The position numbers and the translations under genes are program-made. The notes beneath the pieces were generated by a model, which was not told the DNA's origin, did no database searches, and worked only from the letters and a program-made list of their open reading frames with translations. DNA of 64,000 nt from Eledone cirrhosa (lineage: Eukaryota), in contig OZ024743.1 of NCBI GenBank assembly GCA_964016885.1, positions 80,600,001 to 80,664,000 on the forward strand, given 5' to 3'. Below, piece by piece: positions 1-11,960 of this stretch (its first letter is position 1; each line of letters opens with the position of its first letter).

Positions 1-138
1 GTTGTAGTCGTTGTTAATATTGTTGTTGTTGTGGTTGTTACTACTATTGTTGTTCTTATTTATATTATTTTCACTATTGATGTTGTTGTCGCTGTTTATT
101 ATTTGTTGCTGCTCTTGTAGTTATTGTACTTGTTGTTA

Positions 139-199
<61 letters not shown>

Positions 200-230
200 G
201 GTGGTGGTGGTGGTGGTGGTGGCGGCGGCG

Positions 231-268
<38 letters not shown>

Positions 269-296
269 TGTTGTTGTTGTTGTTGTTGTTGTTGTT
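1..296. repeat. Compound trinucleotide microsatellite (GTT/GTA/GGT/GGC)
   Basis: Direct reading: runs of gta, ggt and gtt. Confidence 0.95.
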
Positions 297-524
297 CCGT
301 ACACCATTCCCAACTCTAATCTCTGCTGCCATTCTATTCCATATTCTAATAAGCTCTGATAGAGACGCCTTATGTATTTCCGCTTCCGGGTAATCTGACC
401 TGTAGGAAGAACTACAAAAGAGAACGCCAAAGGTTAATGCATCTTGGGATAGCATGGCATTTCGTTGAACAATGAACCGCTAACACATCAAATAGAAACC
501 TTTACACGTCTGACACTCTCTTGT

Positions 525-1258
<734 letters not shown>

Positions 1259-1961
1259 TAAATGCAAACATTGAAACCAACGTTATCTAAACTATAATAA
1301 AGTAAGAAGCGCGGGACTGCGTACGGTTTAAAATGTTCACATGTCAACACTTCCGGTTAAATAAACATATTAATTTTCTGTCACTAATTTTCTCCTAATG
1401 CAGTTTATATATATAATATCGTCTTTTTTTAATGTATCATGGATTACGTTACTGATTACATAAGAGAGTCTAACACAGACTTCGTTCAATTTCTGTGTAT
1501 ATTGTCAATTACGATTTTAGTTGATGTATCATATCTACATGTATATATACTTGCGTATAATATCAATATACACACTACAATGGCTAGCAAAAAACCACCA
1601 AGGAGATGTGAAACACTGCATTGATGTACATAAACCACAGCTGAAACAATCTCTTCTTTGAGTTTAACTGATTGTTTATCAATACTAGAACTATTGTGGA
1701 ATCTGAACTGTTGGAATGGGATTAGTTTCCCAAAAAATTACCTTATAATCAACTCTCAGAACATTTTTTTTCTTTTTCATCATTCACAAACATTTATTTA
1801 CAATAGTTTTATAACTTTGCCTATTAATCCGTATGGTGAGCAAATGGGGTCCCACGTGCTGGCCTCTCCACAACCCCGGCGGACAGGATGGAGAAGGCGT
1901 TTCCCCGAGGATGATAAGGGAGATGCGCTGGAAGAGTTTCGCGAGGCTCACACCTAAGGCA

Positions 1962-2119
1962 GGTAGCCAGGTCTGTGCCTATGGTGGTGAATAGGGAGGT
2001 AGCCATAAGACCAAGGACACCAGAAATCTCCACTGCGATGGGTAGCCAGGTCTGTGCCTATGGTGGTGAGTAGGGAGGTAGCCCTAGGGCCAAGGACACC
2101 AGAAATCTCCACTGCTAAG
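1962..2119. repeat. 79-bp tandem duplication
   Basis: ggtagccaggtctgtgcctatggtggtga...agaaatctccactgc starts at both 1962 and 2041. Confidence 0.9.
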
Positions 2120-2712
2120 GGCACGACCGCGAACTTGTCGGAGAGCGACCGTTACTTGGAGAGTTTGGCCTCCTTAGCCCGATGTGCAGCAGAACCTGGG
2201 TTAGTCGCAGACTGAACCAGGTTGTTTCCTCGACATTGCCTGTTGAAAGGAAATGTCACAGAAGCCTATATATGCCTTGGAAGAAACTCTCAGGTAATCA
2301 CACAGCCTCTTGTTTCTTCGAAATTTCTTGTTAATCTTTTGCTGTAACCTGTTCTTTCTCTCCATTTACTTTGTTGTTATTTACTCCTTCCTTTTCTTTC
2401 TATCCCTTTCTTCCCCACCCTCTCTCACCCTCTCACCTGGTTACTTACATGCATGTGCTTCTCCTCGTGTTTCCCCCTTTTCAATATGTTCTCTGCTTTT
2501 TTTTTATTTTTCCCTTCTGTTTAATTCTTTTTCTCTCTTCTTTTTTTCCTTCCCCAATAACTTCTACAACTTATTGACGCACTTGTGTTAGATATATTGT
2601 CTTTAATCTGCTGAAATGTCCAGCAGACAACTGATGAAGGGATTAGCCCTCGTCTGTGGTTTCCTATTATTTTTAAATACACTTTATCAAGTAACCACAC
2701 AATCCCTTGTTT

Positions 2713-2781
<69 letters not shown>

Positions 2782-2883
2782 TGCAGTGGGTGTTTTAATT
2801 ACCGGTGTAATTAAGACATACAAACATTAACTGAATGGGTACTCAATAAGTGTTGGCAGAATGTAAAATGTATTTTATGAAAA

Positions 2884-2976
2884 GAAAATCAGCAGTGACT
2901 TTGAAGTTTCCTCTGCTGCTTCATCAGCCCTCCAAATGAAGCAATAGCTTACACTTCGAGGTCACTGCTGATTTTC
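2884..2976 (+). repeat. Inverted repeat / hairpin (24-bp arms) in a short insert between microsatellites
   Basis: 2884-2907 gaaaatcagcagtgactttgaagt pairs with 2953-2976 (2 G.U on +); inner tgcttcat/atgaagca stem. Confidence 0.8.
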
Positions 2977-3008
2977 ACTTTATTGTACACACAGACGCCC
3001 GCGCGCGT

Positions 3009-3040
<32 letters not shown>

Positions 3041-3340
3041 CCCGATACATTAACGGAGCCATAGACTCTCGCCGTTCCCTGTAAAGAATGTGCTCAAAGG
3101 AGAGGAAATCCTGAGCCCTTTAAAAATCATGATATTTCGCTCCTTATAACAGTCTTTCCTCTCTCTCTGTTTGGTTGAGCACACTTCTCTGAGTGGTTTT
3201 GGGCTGCCCTTTCTAGCAGCTCGTCCCTCAGAGGCCACTGGTTCACTGCCCTTAAATACGCTGTGACATCTCTCTCCCACGTGTAGTTGGACGGTCGCTT
3301 TAAAAATTCTCTTAGTGTTGTCTGAAATGTATAGCCTGAG

Positions 3341-3418
3341 ACACGCTGATGAACCGAGGTTATTCCATTTCTGTCAACAACTTACTGGCGAAACAGATCT
3401 CTTTGGATTTGTACGTGT
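3341..3418 (+). ncRNA. Type I hammerhead ribozyme motif (closed stem III)
   Basis: Stem I acacg/cgtgt; CTGATGA 3346-3352; GAAA 3390-3393; stem III cagatc/gatttg; GTA triplet 3411-3413; stem II long and degenerate. Confidence 0.75.
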
Positions 3419-3575
3419 GTTATATAGTTATAGAGGTATTTATTTACGCTTTAATTTATATTTTTAATTATCGTGTCTATATTCTGCCTTTCATAGGTTA
3501 TAGATTCCATACACTGGTGGTTTTTCCCTGTTGTATTGATGGCGCACTGTATCTCTCTCTAGTGTGTCACCTTTT

Positions 3576-3653
<78 letters not shown>

Positions 3654-3925
3654 ATATAGAAATCATTGTGAGCAAGAAGCCAACAGTATTTCATAATATA
3701 TATATATTATGAATTATTAATACATATAATAGAATTATGTATAAAACGATGTAGGAATAAAACCGTGTCTCTTATTCAAATCCTAAGGAATAGAAATCAT
3801 AAAGTGCTTTACGTCTATTTACAAAAAGTCGGTGGATTATATGATCAACCAACTTTCATCAATTGAATGATATATATATATGGCGCATGTCTTTCAGACA
3901 TGACAACCTTAATTTAATTTTGGAG

Positions 3926-3957
<32 letters not shown>

Positions 3958-4108
3958 GGGGGGGGGGTGTAATATTGTCATCATCAACAGAGAACAGAAC
4001 TAGTCCTGTAAGAGTATAATTCATCTTTCCATAAACATACATGATGATTCAATAAGTGTTAGTAGGTTTAAAATTAAACCGTAGCCATAGATTGAATAAA
4101 TCTAGCAG

Positions 4109-4243
4109 TACTCCTATCTATATTTAGTTAAATATAATACTCCTAACTATATTTAGTTAAATATAATAAGCCTTCACCTACATTTAGTTAAATATAATAT
4201 ACTCCTAACTATATTTAGTTAAATAGGCCTTCATCTATATTTT
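4109..4243. repeat. ~29-31 bp AT-rich minisatellite (4-5 units)
   Basis: tactcctaactatatttagttaaatataa repeated. Confidence 0.85.
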
Positions 4244-4335
4244 CTGTCGAGATTCTACACAAGTCTAATTTGCCATTCACAGCACACTTTCCTCTACAAC
4301 TCGCTCTAATTCCTTAATTCATTTGGACACGCGTT

Positions 4336-4718
4336 CACACACACTCACACATGCACACATACACACATACACACACACACATACACACACACATACACAC
4401 ACATACACACACACATACACACATACACATACACACACATACACACACATACACATACACACACACATACCTACACACACACATACACAAACACACATAC
4501 ACAAACACACATACACACACAATCACACCCATACACACACACATACACTCACACATACACTCACATACACACATACACTCACACACATAATACACACACG
4601 CAAACACACACACATACACTCACACACATACACACACGCGAGCACCCACACATACACACACATACACATACACACACGCACACGCACACACACATACACA
4701 CACACATACAATACACAC

Positions 4719-4752
<34 letters not shown>

Positions 4753-5300
4753 CACGCATATTTCTTTTTCCCTCTTTCATTACCTCCCACCTTCTCTTTC
4801 TCTGTCTTCCTTCCTACCTCATACTATCCCCTCCCTCTCTCTTTCTTTCCCTTCTATTTCAATTATTTGGTTTTCTCACTCCACTGTCTCCACCACCACT
4901 ACCACCACCACCAACACCACCACTACCACCGCCACCAACACCACCACTAACACCCTCCACCACTACTACCACCATCATCCGGCCCCCAACACCGCCATCA
5001 CCACCACTAACACCCAACCACCACCACCACCCTCTGCCCCCCCAACACCGCCACCAACACCACCACCACCTCCCGACACCACCACCACTAACACCCTCCA
5101 CCACCACAACCATCACGCCCCCTAACATCGCCACCACCACTTCCTCACTATTACACAACATCTCTCTCTCTTTCTCTTTCTCTTCTTCTTCTTCTTCTTC
5201 TTCTTCTGTCTTCTTCCTCCTGTACTCCTATTCTCTAGTCTCTCTTTCTCTCTCTCTCTCTCTCCTCTTCTCCTCTTCTCTACTCTCTCTCTCTCTCTAC
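4336..5300. repeat. (CA)n-like, (CCA)n-like and (CT)n low-complexity block
   Basis: Direct reading. Confidence 0.9.
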
Positions 5301-5733
5301 CTCACATCCCCGGATGTAATATATGACAATGAAACTATCTTGGCAGATTGGTAAGGCAGCCATTGTCGTAGCTTACTTGTCTAATCATACAATTAAGAGT
5401 CTCCAGTCGCAACTGAAGCACTTAGGGGCTGAGGAATTAAAGTGTCGGATCCTCTCTATTTCCTTTCGCTTCACAGAAGAACGGCGATAACGCCCACCCC
5501 ATTAGAATAGTTTTTCCAGCCGCCTTGCAAGATTCCCTTTTTTTTCCTCTCAAAACAAATGTTGTCCCAGAAAAAATAAGCGACTGCTGTGTAATTCTTT
5601 GAACAATGAAGTTTGATATTTAAAAAAATGGCAGTTTTTAAGGAATTGAAAGAAAAAAGAAAAATAATAATTATTATTATAATAATTAAAATCCGAAACA
5701 AAAGTGTGCAGATGTTCATATATTGAATGGTGG

Positions 5734-5793
<60 letters not shown>

Positions 5794-5798
<5 letters not shown>

Positions 5799-5986
5799 AA
5801 AAAGTATGACCCCGACGGCAGAGCTCAAGCCGTTTCGACGGCTATTTCCTTCCAGAAATAGCCGTCGAAACGGCTTGAGCTCTGCCGTCGGGGTCATACT
5901 TTTTCCTATTTCCCACTCTGCTACCCTAAGTATTGAGTACTCTGGTGCGTTATAGTCCATCTCGTTCCTTACCACAATTCCTTTGT

Positions 5987-5987
<1 letters not shown>
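5794..5987 (+). mobile_element. Short (TA)n-flanked insert with perfect 55-bp-arm palindrome and the 3' half of a hammerhead
   Basis: 5794-5848 is the exact reverse complement of 5855-5909 (loop cttcca); GAAA 5867-5870, stem III cggc/gccg, GTC 5887-5889; the 3' terminus is also found inverted at ~7880-7912. Confidence 0.8.
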
Positions 5988-6047
<60 letters not shown>

Positions 6048-6241
6048 GTACATACATATATGTATACAGACGTACAGTAGTATGTATATATATATATACA
6101 TACATGCACACATATATATATGTACGTATGGATTCACCGAACATGTATTATAATGCTCGGTGTGTTTGTAAACAAACATCCCGTATTAAGCCGTAGTGTC
6201 TAGCAACCATCGTTGCTCGTTTGTTCAACACTGACAAAGGA

Positions 6242-6284
6242 ACGCTGTACTAGTTTCAAGCTTATTAGCTATCGTCAGCAACGT
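6242..6284 (-). ncRNA. Minimal type I hammerhead ribozyme (inverted copy)
   Basis: Reverse complement of 6637-6679. Confidence 0.88.
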
Positions 6285-6636
6285 ATACCTTCCTGCCAGA
6301 TTGTTGAACATATATACTTACCTTATGCATTACAAACACACCGAGCATTATAATAAATGTTCGGTGAATCCATACGTACATATATATATGTGTGCATGTA
6401 TGTATATATATATACATACTACTGTACGTCTGTATACATATATCTATGTACGTGTACATACTTATATTTAAGTAACAGCCGTACTAAGAGTGGGAAATGA
6501 AATTTCGTTTCATTTTTTCCGTTTATCGTTTTCGGTGCACCCGGCCGATTAACCCACTCGATATGCAAATTGGGCTACTCAGCCGTTAATATGCATAAGG
6601 TAAGTATATACGTTCAACAATCTGGCAGGAAGGTAT

Positions 6637-6679
6637 ACGTTGCTGACGATAGCTAATAAGCTTGAAACTAGTACAGCGT
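6637..6679 (+). ncRNA. Minimal type I hammerhead ribozyme
   Basis: acgttg-CTGACGA-t-agct-aata-agct-t-GAAA-ctag-TA-cagcgt: 6-bp stem I, 4-bp stem II, palindromic stem III, GTA triplet. Confidence 0.9.
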
Positions 6680-6942
6680 TCCTTTGTCAGTGTTGAACAA
6701 ACGAGCAACGATGGTTGCTAGACACTACGGTTTAATGCGGGATGCTTGTTTACAAACACACCGAGCATTATAATAAATATTCGGTGAATCCATACGTACA
6801 TATATATATGTGTGCATGTATGTATATATATATATACATACTACTGTACGTCTGTATACATATATGTATGTACGTGTACATACTTATATTTAAGTAACAG
6901 CCGTACTAAGAGTGAGAAATGAAATTTCGTTTCATTTTTTCC

Positions 6943-6989
<47 letters not shown>

Positions 6990-7146
6990 GATTTAATGCT
7001 CTGAAATAGCGATATATATGTGAAGACAAACATAGAATATTCGAAAATATTCTGTATGTCTATAATAAACATTTTGAAGACCCAATCGCTATAGAATAGA
7101 ATACGTCACGTATTACAATTTGAGATTCTCGATAAAAGTAAGGGAA

Positions 7147-7189
7147 GTAATCTACGCGTTTCATTCTTGTTAGAAATCTTCAGGATTAC
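7147..7189 (-). ncRNA. Minimal type I hammerhead ribozyme (inverted copy)
   Basis: Reverse complement of 7674-7716. Confidence 0.9.
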
Positions 7190-7673
7190 ATATCCAATAC
7201 TTTTATCGAGAACGACACAGCTAGAGACTTATAGAATACTTAGCTGTGTACAGGAACTGGTTTGATAGAGCGGTAGCCGGCCCGGCAGAAATTAGAATTT
7301 GGATTTAATGCTCTGAAATAGCGATATATATGTGAAGACAAACATAGAATATTCGAAAATATTCTGTATGTTTATAATAAACATGAATGAAACGCGTAGA
7401 TTACTTCCCTTACTTTTATCGAGAATCTCAAATTGTAATACGTGACGTATTCTATTCTATAGCGATTGGGTCTTCAAAATGTTTATTATAAACATACAGA
7501 ATATTTTCGAATATTCTATGTTTGTCTTCACATATATATCGCTATTTCAGAGCATTAAATCCAAATTCTAATTTCTGCCGGGCCGGCTACCGCTCTATCA
7601 AACCAGTTCCTGTACACAGCTAAGTATTCTATAAGTCTCTAGCTGTGTCGTTCTCGATAAAAGTATTGGATAT

Positions 7674-7716
7674 GTAATCCTGAAGATTTCTAACAAGAAT
7701 GAAACGCGTAGATTAC
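7674..7716 (+). ncRNA. Minimal type I hammerhead ribozyme
   Basis: gtaatc-CTGAAGA-t-ttct-aaca-agaa-t-GAAA-cgcg-TA-gattac; stem I extends past an internal loop by 15 bp (7651-7665 / 7723-7737). Confidence 0.92.
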
Positions 7717-7838
7717 TTCCCTTACTTTTATCGAGAATCTCAAATTGTAATACGTGACGTATTCTATTCTATAGCGATTGGGTCTTCAAAATGTTTATTA
7801 TAAACATACAGACTATTTTCGAATATTCTATGTTTGTC

Positions 7839-7881
<43 letters not shown>

Positions 7882-8150
7882 CAAAGGAATTGTGGTAAGG
7901 AACCAGATGGACCATATCCATTAGCGCAGCTCCCTAATTCATAGTCTACAAATGGCTGCGATAGCTTGCACCTTCAAAATTTGTAAAACATTCTTGCGAT
8001 TCAAGGGATGACAATTTCTGTTCTTTTACAACCTTGCCAACAGGAAGGTGGCCGGGCAAAAAAATATACTTGAAATTAAGAGAAAGAGATAACATACACA
8101 TACACACATACATACATACATACATACATAATACATACATACATACATAC

Positions 8151-8759
8151 ATGGTGGCTGCCAACTCGTTTTCGAGTACGGCCACTGCCCTATATCCATG
8201 TTGGAGAACCCCTACCAATGCGCTGAACGAGTGTGACTTTTTAGTCCAGCCAGCGACTTGAAAACTCTGGTACAAACACTACACCTGTGACAAATATTGA
8301 CACATAGTGCTGGGCCCATGGTACCATATGACGATAAGTGCAGAGAGATCTCCAGATATAAAGCAATGCCTGGGCCGTGAAGCTTTTATAGTGAGCAAAG
8401 GCACTGCACAAAGCCAGTCCCACTCTCTTAACCAAGATGATATTTACCAAAAAGAAGAACAAGTCAACATCATTGGATACCATCAGGGTTGCAGGTGTTA
8501 TATCAGAGTTTTCCTTCTCCTAGAATTCTGCCTTGACTAAGGCTAAGGGGTCATCTCTCCCGGGAATTTTGGATGGCCATTGACTCTTAAGAGCTCCTTT
8601 GCCTTTTGACAGGTTTTGTTTTTAGTCCTGCAGGATGTCCAAAGTCACCCTCCTCACCAAGAAACCTTGGTGGGTTGCCAGTTTAGTTACCAACGACCCG
8701 ACCATGAGACAGGTTGTACTGGGATACATGTTACCAGTAGCACCAACTGGTGATCTGAC
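8151..8759 (-). mobile_element. Non-autonomous retroelement (RTE-like 5' motif, (ATGT)n tail), copy 1
   Basis: Repeated at 8776-9330 (period 625) and inverted at 53215-53661; minus strand contains ctaggagaaggaaaactc, which resembles RTE 5' UTRs; ends in (ATGT)n; no ORF. Confidence 0.7.
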
Positions 8760-8775
8760 ATACATACATACATAC

Positions 8776-9330
8776 ATGGTGGCTGCCAACTCGTTTTCGA
8801 GTACGGCCACTACTTTATATCCATGTAGGAGAACTCCTACCGTTGCGCTGAACGAGTGTGACTTTTTAGTCCAGCCAGCGACTTGAAAACTCTGGTACAA
8901 ACACTACACCTGTGACAATTATTGACACATAGTGCTGGGCCCATGGTACCATGTGACGACAAGTGCAGAGAGATCTCCAGATATAAAGCAATGCCTGTGC
9001 CGTGAAGCTTTTATAGTGAGCAAAGGCACTGCACAAAGCCAGTCCCACTCTCTTAACCAAGATGATATTTACCAAAAAGAAGAACAAGTCAACATCATTG
9101 GATACCATCAGGGTTGCAGGTGTTATATCAGAGTTTTCCTTCTCCTAGAATTCTGCCTTGACAAAGGCTAAGGGGTCATCTCTCCCGGTGATTTGGGATG
9201 GTCATTGACTCTTAAGAGTTCCTTTGCCCTTTGACAGGTTTTGTTTCCTGCAGGATGTCCAAAGTCACCCTCCTCGCCAAGAAACCTTGGTGGGGTTGCC
9301 AGTTTAGTCGACAACGACCCGACCATGAGA
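8776..9330 (-). mobile_element. Same non-autonomous retroelement, copy 2 (5'-truncated by ~50 nt)
   Basis: Near-identical to 8151-8710; bounded by (CATA)n on both sides. Confidence 0.7.
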
Positions 9331-9340
9331 CATACATACA

Positions 9341-9371
<31 letters not shown>

Positions 9372-9700
9372 TTACATACATACACACACACACACACATA
9401 CATACATACATACATACATACATACATACATACATACATACATACATACACACACATACATACACACACATATATACATACATACATATTTACATACATA
9501 TATACATACACATACACATACACATACGCACATACATACATACATACACACACATACATACATACACACACATATATACATACATACATGTATATATACA
9601 TACATACACACACACACATACATACACATACATACATACATGCATATATACAAACATACACACACGCATACATACATATATACACATACATATACATACA
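9331..9700. repeat. (CATA)n/(CA)n microsatellite
   Basis: Direct reading. Confidence 0.9.
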
Positions 9701-10050
9701 TGGACTGGAGAATAGACAGTACTAGTAGAGCATCAGACAACATATATTGTGCTGTATAGTGATGGCTCGACGTTCTAGGTTAAAATGCCGCCGGAATCAA
9801 CTTTGTATTTCATCCTTCAGAAGTCGATACTATAAAGTACCAGTTATTTACTGGGGTTTGTGAGACATATCCGTCTGTAGGGGGTTTATCTGGAGTTTCT
9901 TGGCGGAATTTGTCCGCGAAACCTTCAACTATTATGGGATGTATTTCTGTATTTCGACATGATATACACAAATATATATATATATACAGACATGTATACA
10001 TATATATATACAAATGTGTATACATCTATATATATACAAATGTGTATACA

Positions 10051-10105
<55 letters not shown>

Positions 10106-10157
10106 ATTTAAAACTGCACTATCCACAAGTGTTTTTAACCTTCATATCATGTCCTCA

Positions 10158-10228
10158 TATTTTATCTGATGAAAACACAAATGTTATTGCATGATGATAT
10201 TTGTTTTTGAAATGCGCATAATAAAATA
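10158..10228 (+). ncRNA. Type I hammerhead ribozyme motif in a ~160-nt (TA)n-flanked insert
   Basis: tattttat-CTGATGA(10166-10172)-long stem II-GAAA(10209-10212)-tgcgca-TA-ataaaata. Confidence 0.82.
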
Positions 10229-10258
10229 CATGGAACTCATTTAACCATCTTTTGATCT

Positions 10259-10259
<1 letters not shown>

Positions 10260-10304
<45 letters not shown>

Positions 10305-10879
10305 TTCTATATATATATATATATATATGTATACACATATATATGTACATATATGTGTATGTGTATATACCTATATGTGTTTGTGTATGTATATAAATAT
10401 ATATGTATATATGTGTGTGCGTGTGTGTGTGGGTGTATGTGTGTATGTTTGTGTGTGTGTCTGTATATATATATATATATGTGCGTGTGTGTGAGTATGT
10501 ATGTGTGTGTGTGTGTGTATGTATATATATGTGTATGTGTGTGTAGGTATATATATGTGTGTGTGCGTGTGTGTGTGTATGTACGTGTGTGTGTATGTAT
10601 GTATATATATATATGTGTGTGTGTGTAGGTATATATATATGTGTGTGTGTATGTATGTATATATATATATGTGTGTGTGTGTAGGTATATATATATATGT
10701 GTGTGTATGTATGTATGTATATATATATATATATATGTGTGTGTAGGTATATATAATGCAACACGAGTTAATTTAAATTATTCTATCGACAGCTATATAA
10801 TTTTTATTTTTGAAATTATCTCTCAAGAATAATTTGATGTGTGTGTGTTGGTGTGTGTGTTGGTGTGTGTGTGTGTGTT

Positions 10880-10917
<38 letters not shown>

Positions 10918-11960
10918 GGTGTGTGTGTGTGTGTTGGTGTGTGTGTGTGTGTTGGTGTGTGTGTGTGTTGGTGTGTGTGCGTGTTGGTGTGTGTGTGTGT
11001 TGGTCTGTGTGTGTGTGTTGGTGTATCTGTGTGTTGGTGTGTGTGTGTGTTGGTGTGTGTGTGTGTTGGTGTGCGTGTGTGTGTTGGTGAGCGTGTGTGT
11101 GTGTGTTGGTATGTATAAGTGTGTTGGTGTGTGTGTGTGTTGGTGTGTGTGTGTGGTTGGTGTGTGTGTGCGTTGGTGTGTGTGTGTATTGGTGTGTGTG
11201 TGTGTTGGTATTTGCGTGTGTTGGTGTGTGTTGGTGTGTTGGTGTGTGTTGGTGTGTGTGTGTTGGTGTGTGTGTTGGTGCGTGTGTGTGTGTTGGTGTG
11301 TGTGTGTGTTGGTGCGTGTGTGTGTGTTGGTGTGTATAAGTGTGTTGTTGTGTGTGTGTTGGTGTGTGTGTTAGTGTGTATAAGTGTGTTGGTGTGTATA
11401 AGTTTGTTGGTGTGTGTGTATGCGTGTGTGTGTGTGTTGGTGTGTGTGTGTGTTAGTGTGTATAAGTGTGTTGGTGTGTATAAGTTTGTTGGTGTGTATA
11501 AGTGTGTTGGTGTGTGTGTGTGTGTTGGTGTGTGTGTGTGTGTTGGTGTCTGTGTGTCTGTTAGTGTGTTGGTGTGTGTGCGTGTTGGTGTGTATAATTG
11601 TGTTGGTGTGTGTGTGTATGTGTGTTGGATGTATCTGTGTGTATACGTGTGTGGGTGTATACGTGTGTTTCAGTGTTTGTATGTATATACGTGTGATGGG
11701 TGTGTGTGTATATATAAACGTGTGTTGACTGTGTATATATATACGTATGTTGGGTGTGTGTATATATATATACGTATGTTTGGTGTGTGTATATATATAC
11801 GTATGTTGGGTGTGTGTATATATATATATATATATACGTGTGTTGACTGTGTATATATATATACGTATGTTGGGTGTGTGTGTATATATATATACGTATG
11901 TTGGGTGTGTGTATATATATATACGTGTGCTGACTGTGTATATATATACGTATGACGTGT
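10260..11960. repeat. (TA)/(GT) microsatellite and (GT)n-TGG degenerate repeat block
   Basis: Direct reading. Confidence 0.9.

Larger units (their letters stand above)
6039..6948. mobile_element. Hammerhead-bearing non-coding element: inverted copy + partial tandem + 422-nt monomer (Penelope pLTR/retrozyme-like)
   Basis: 6039-6330 is approximately the reverse complement of 6591-6882; 6331-6526 repeats 6751-6948; flanked by (TA)n on both sides. Confidence 0.85.
6985..7842. mobile_element. Head-to-head tandem arrays of a 312-nt hammerhead monomer (retrozyme-like)
   Basis: Minus segment 6985-7384 (period 312: tttggattt at 6986 and 7298); plus segment 7385-7842 (gaatgaaacgcg at 7385 and 7697); (TA)n flanks. 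Confidence 0.9.

Noticed and set aside
2631-2716. CTGATGA flanked by paired segments (ttgtct/agacaa, agggatt/aatccct)
   Set aside because: No correctly placed GAAA, so a hammerhead core cannot be completed; may be a truncated repeat end.
3805-3865. Minus-strand TTGATGA followed by a hairpin
   Set aside because: Both core boxes are non-canonical; too degenerate to call.
5300-5360. Exon-like SPDVIYDNETILADW followed by GTAAGG
   Set aside because: No acceptor AG after the pyrimidine tract and no recognisable homology.
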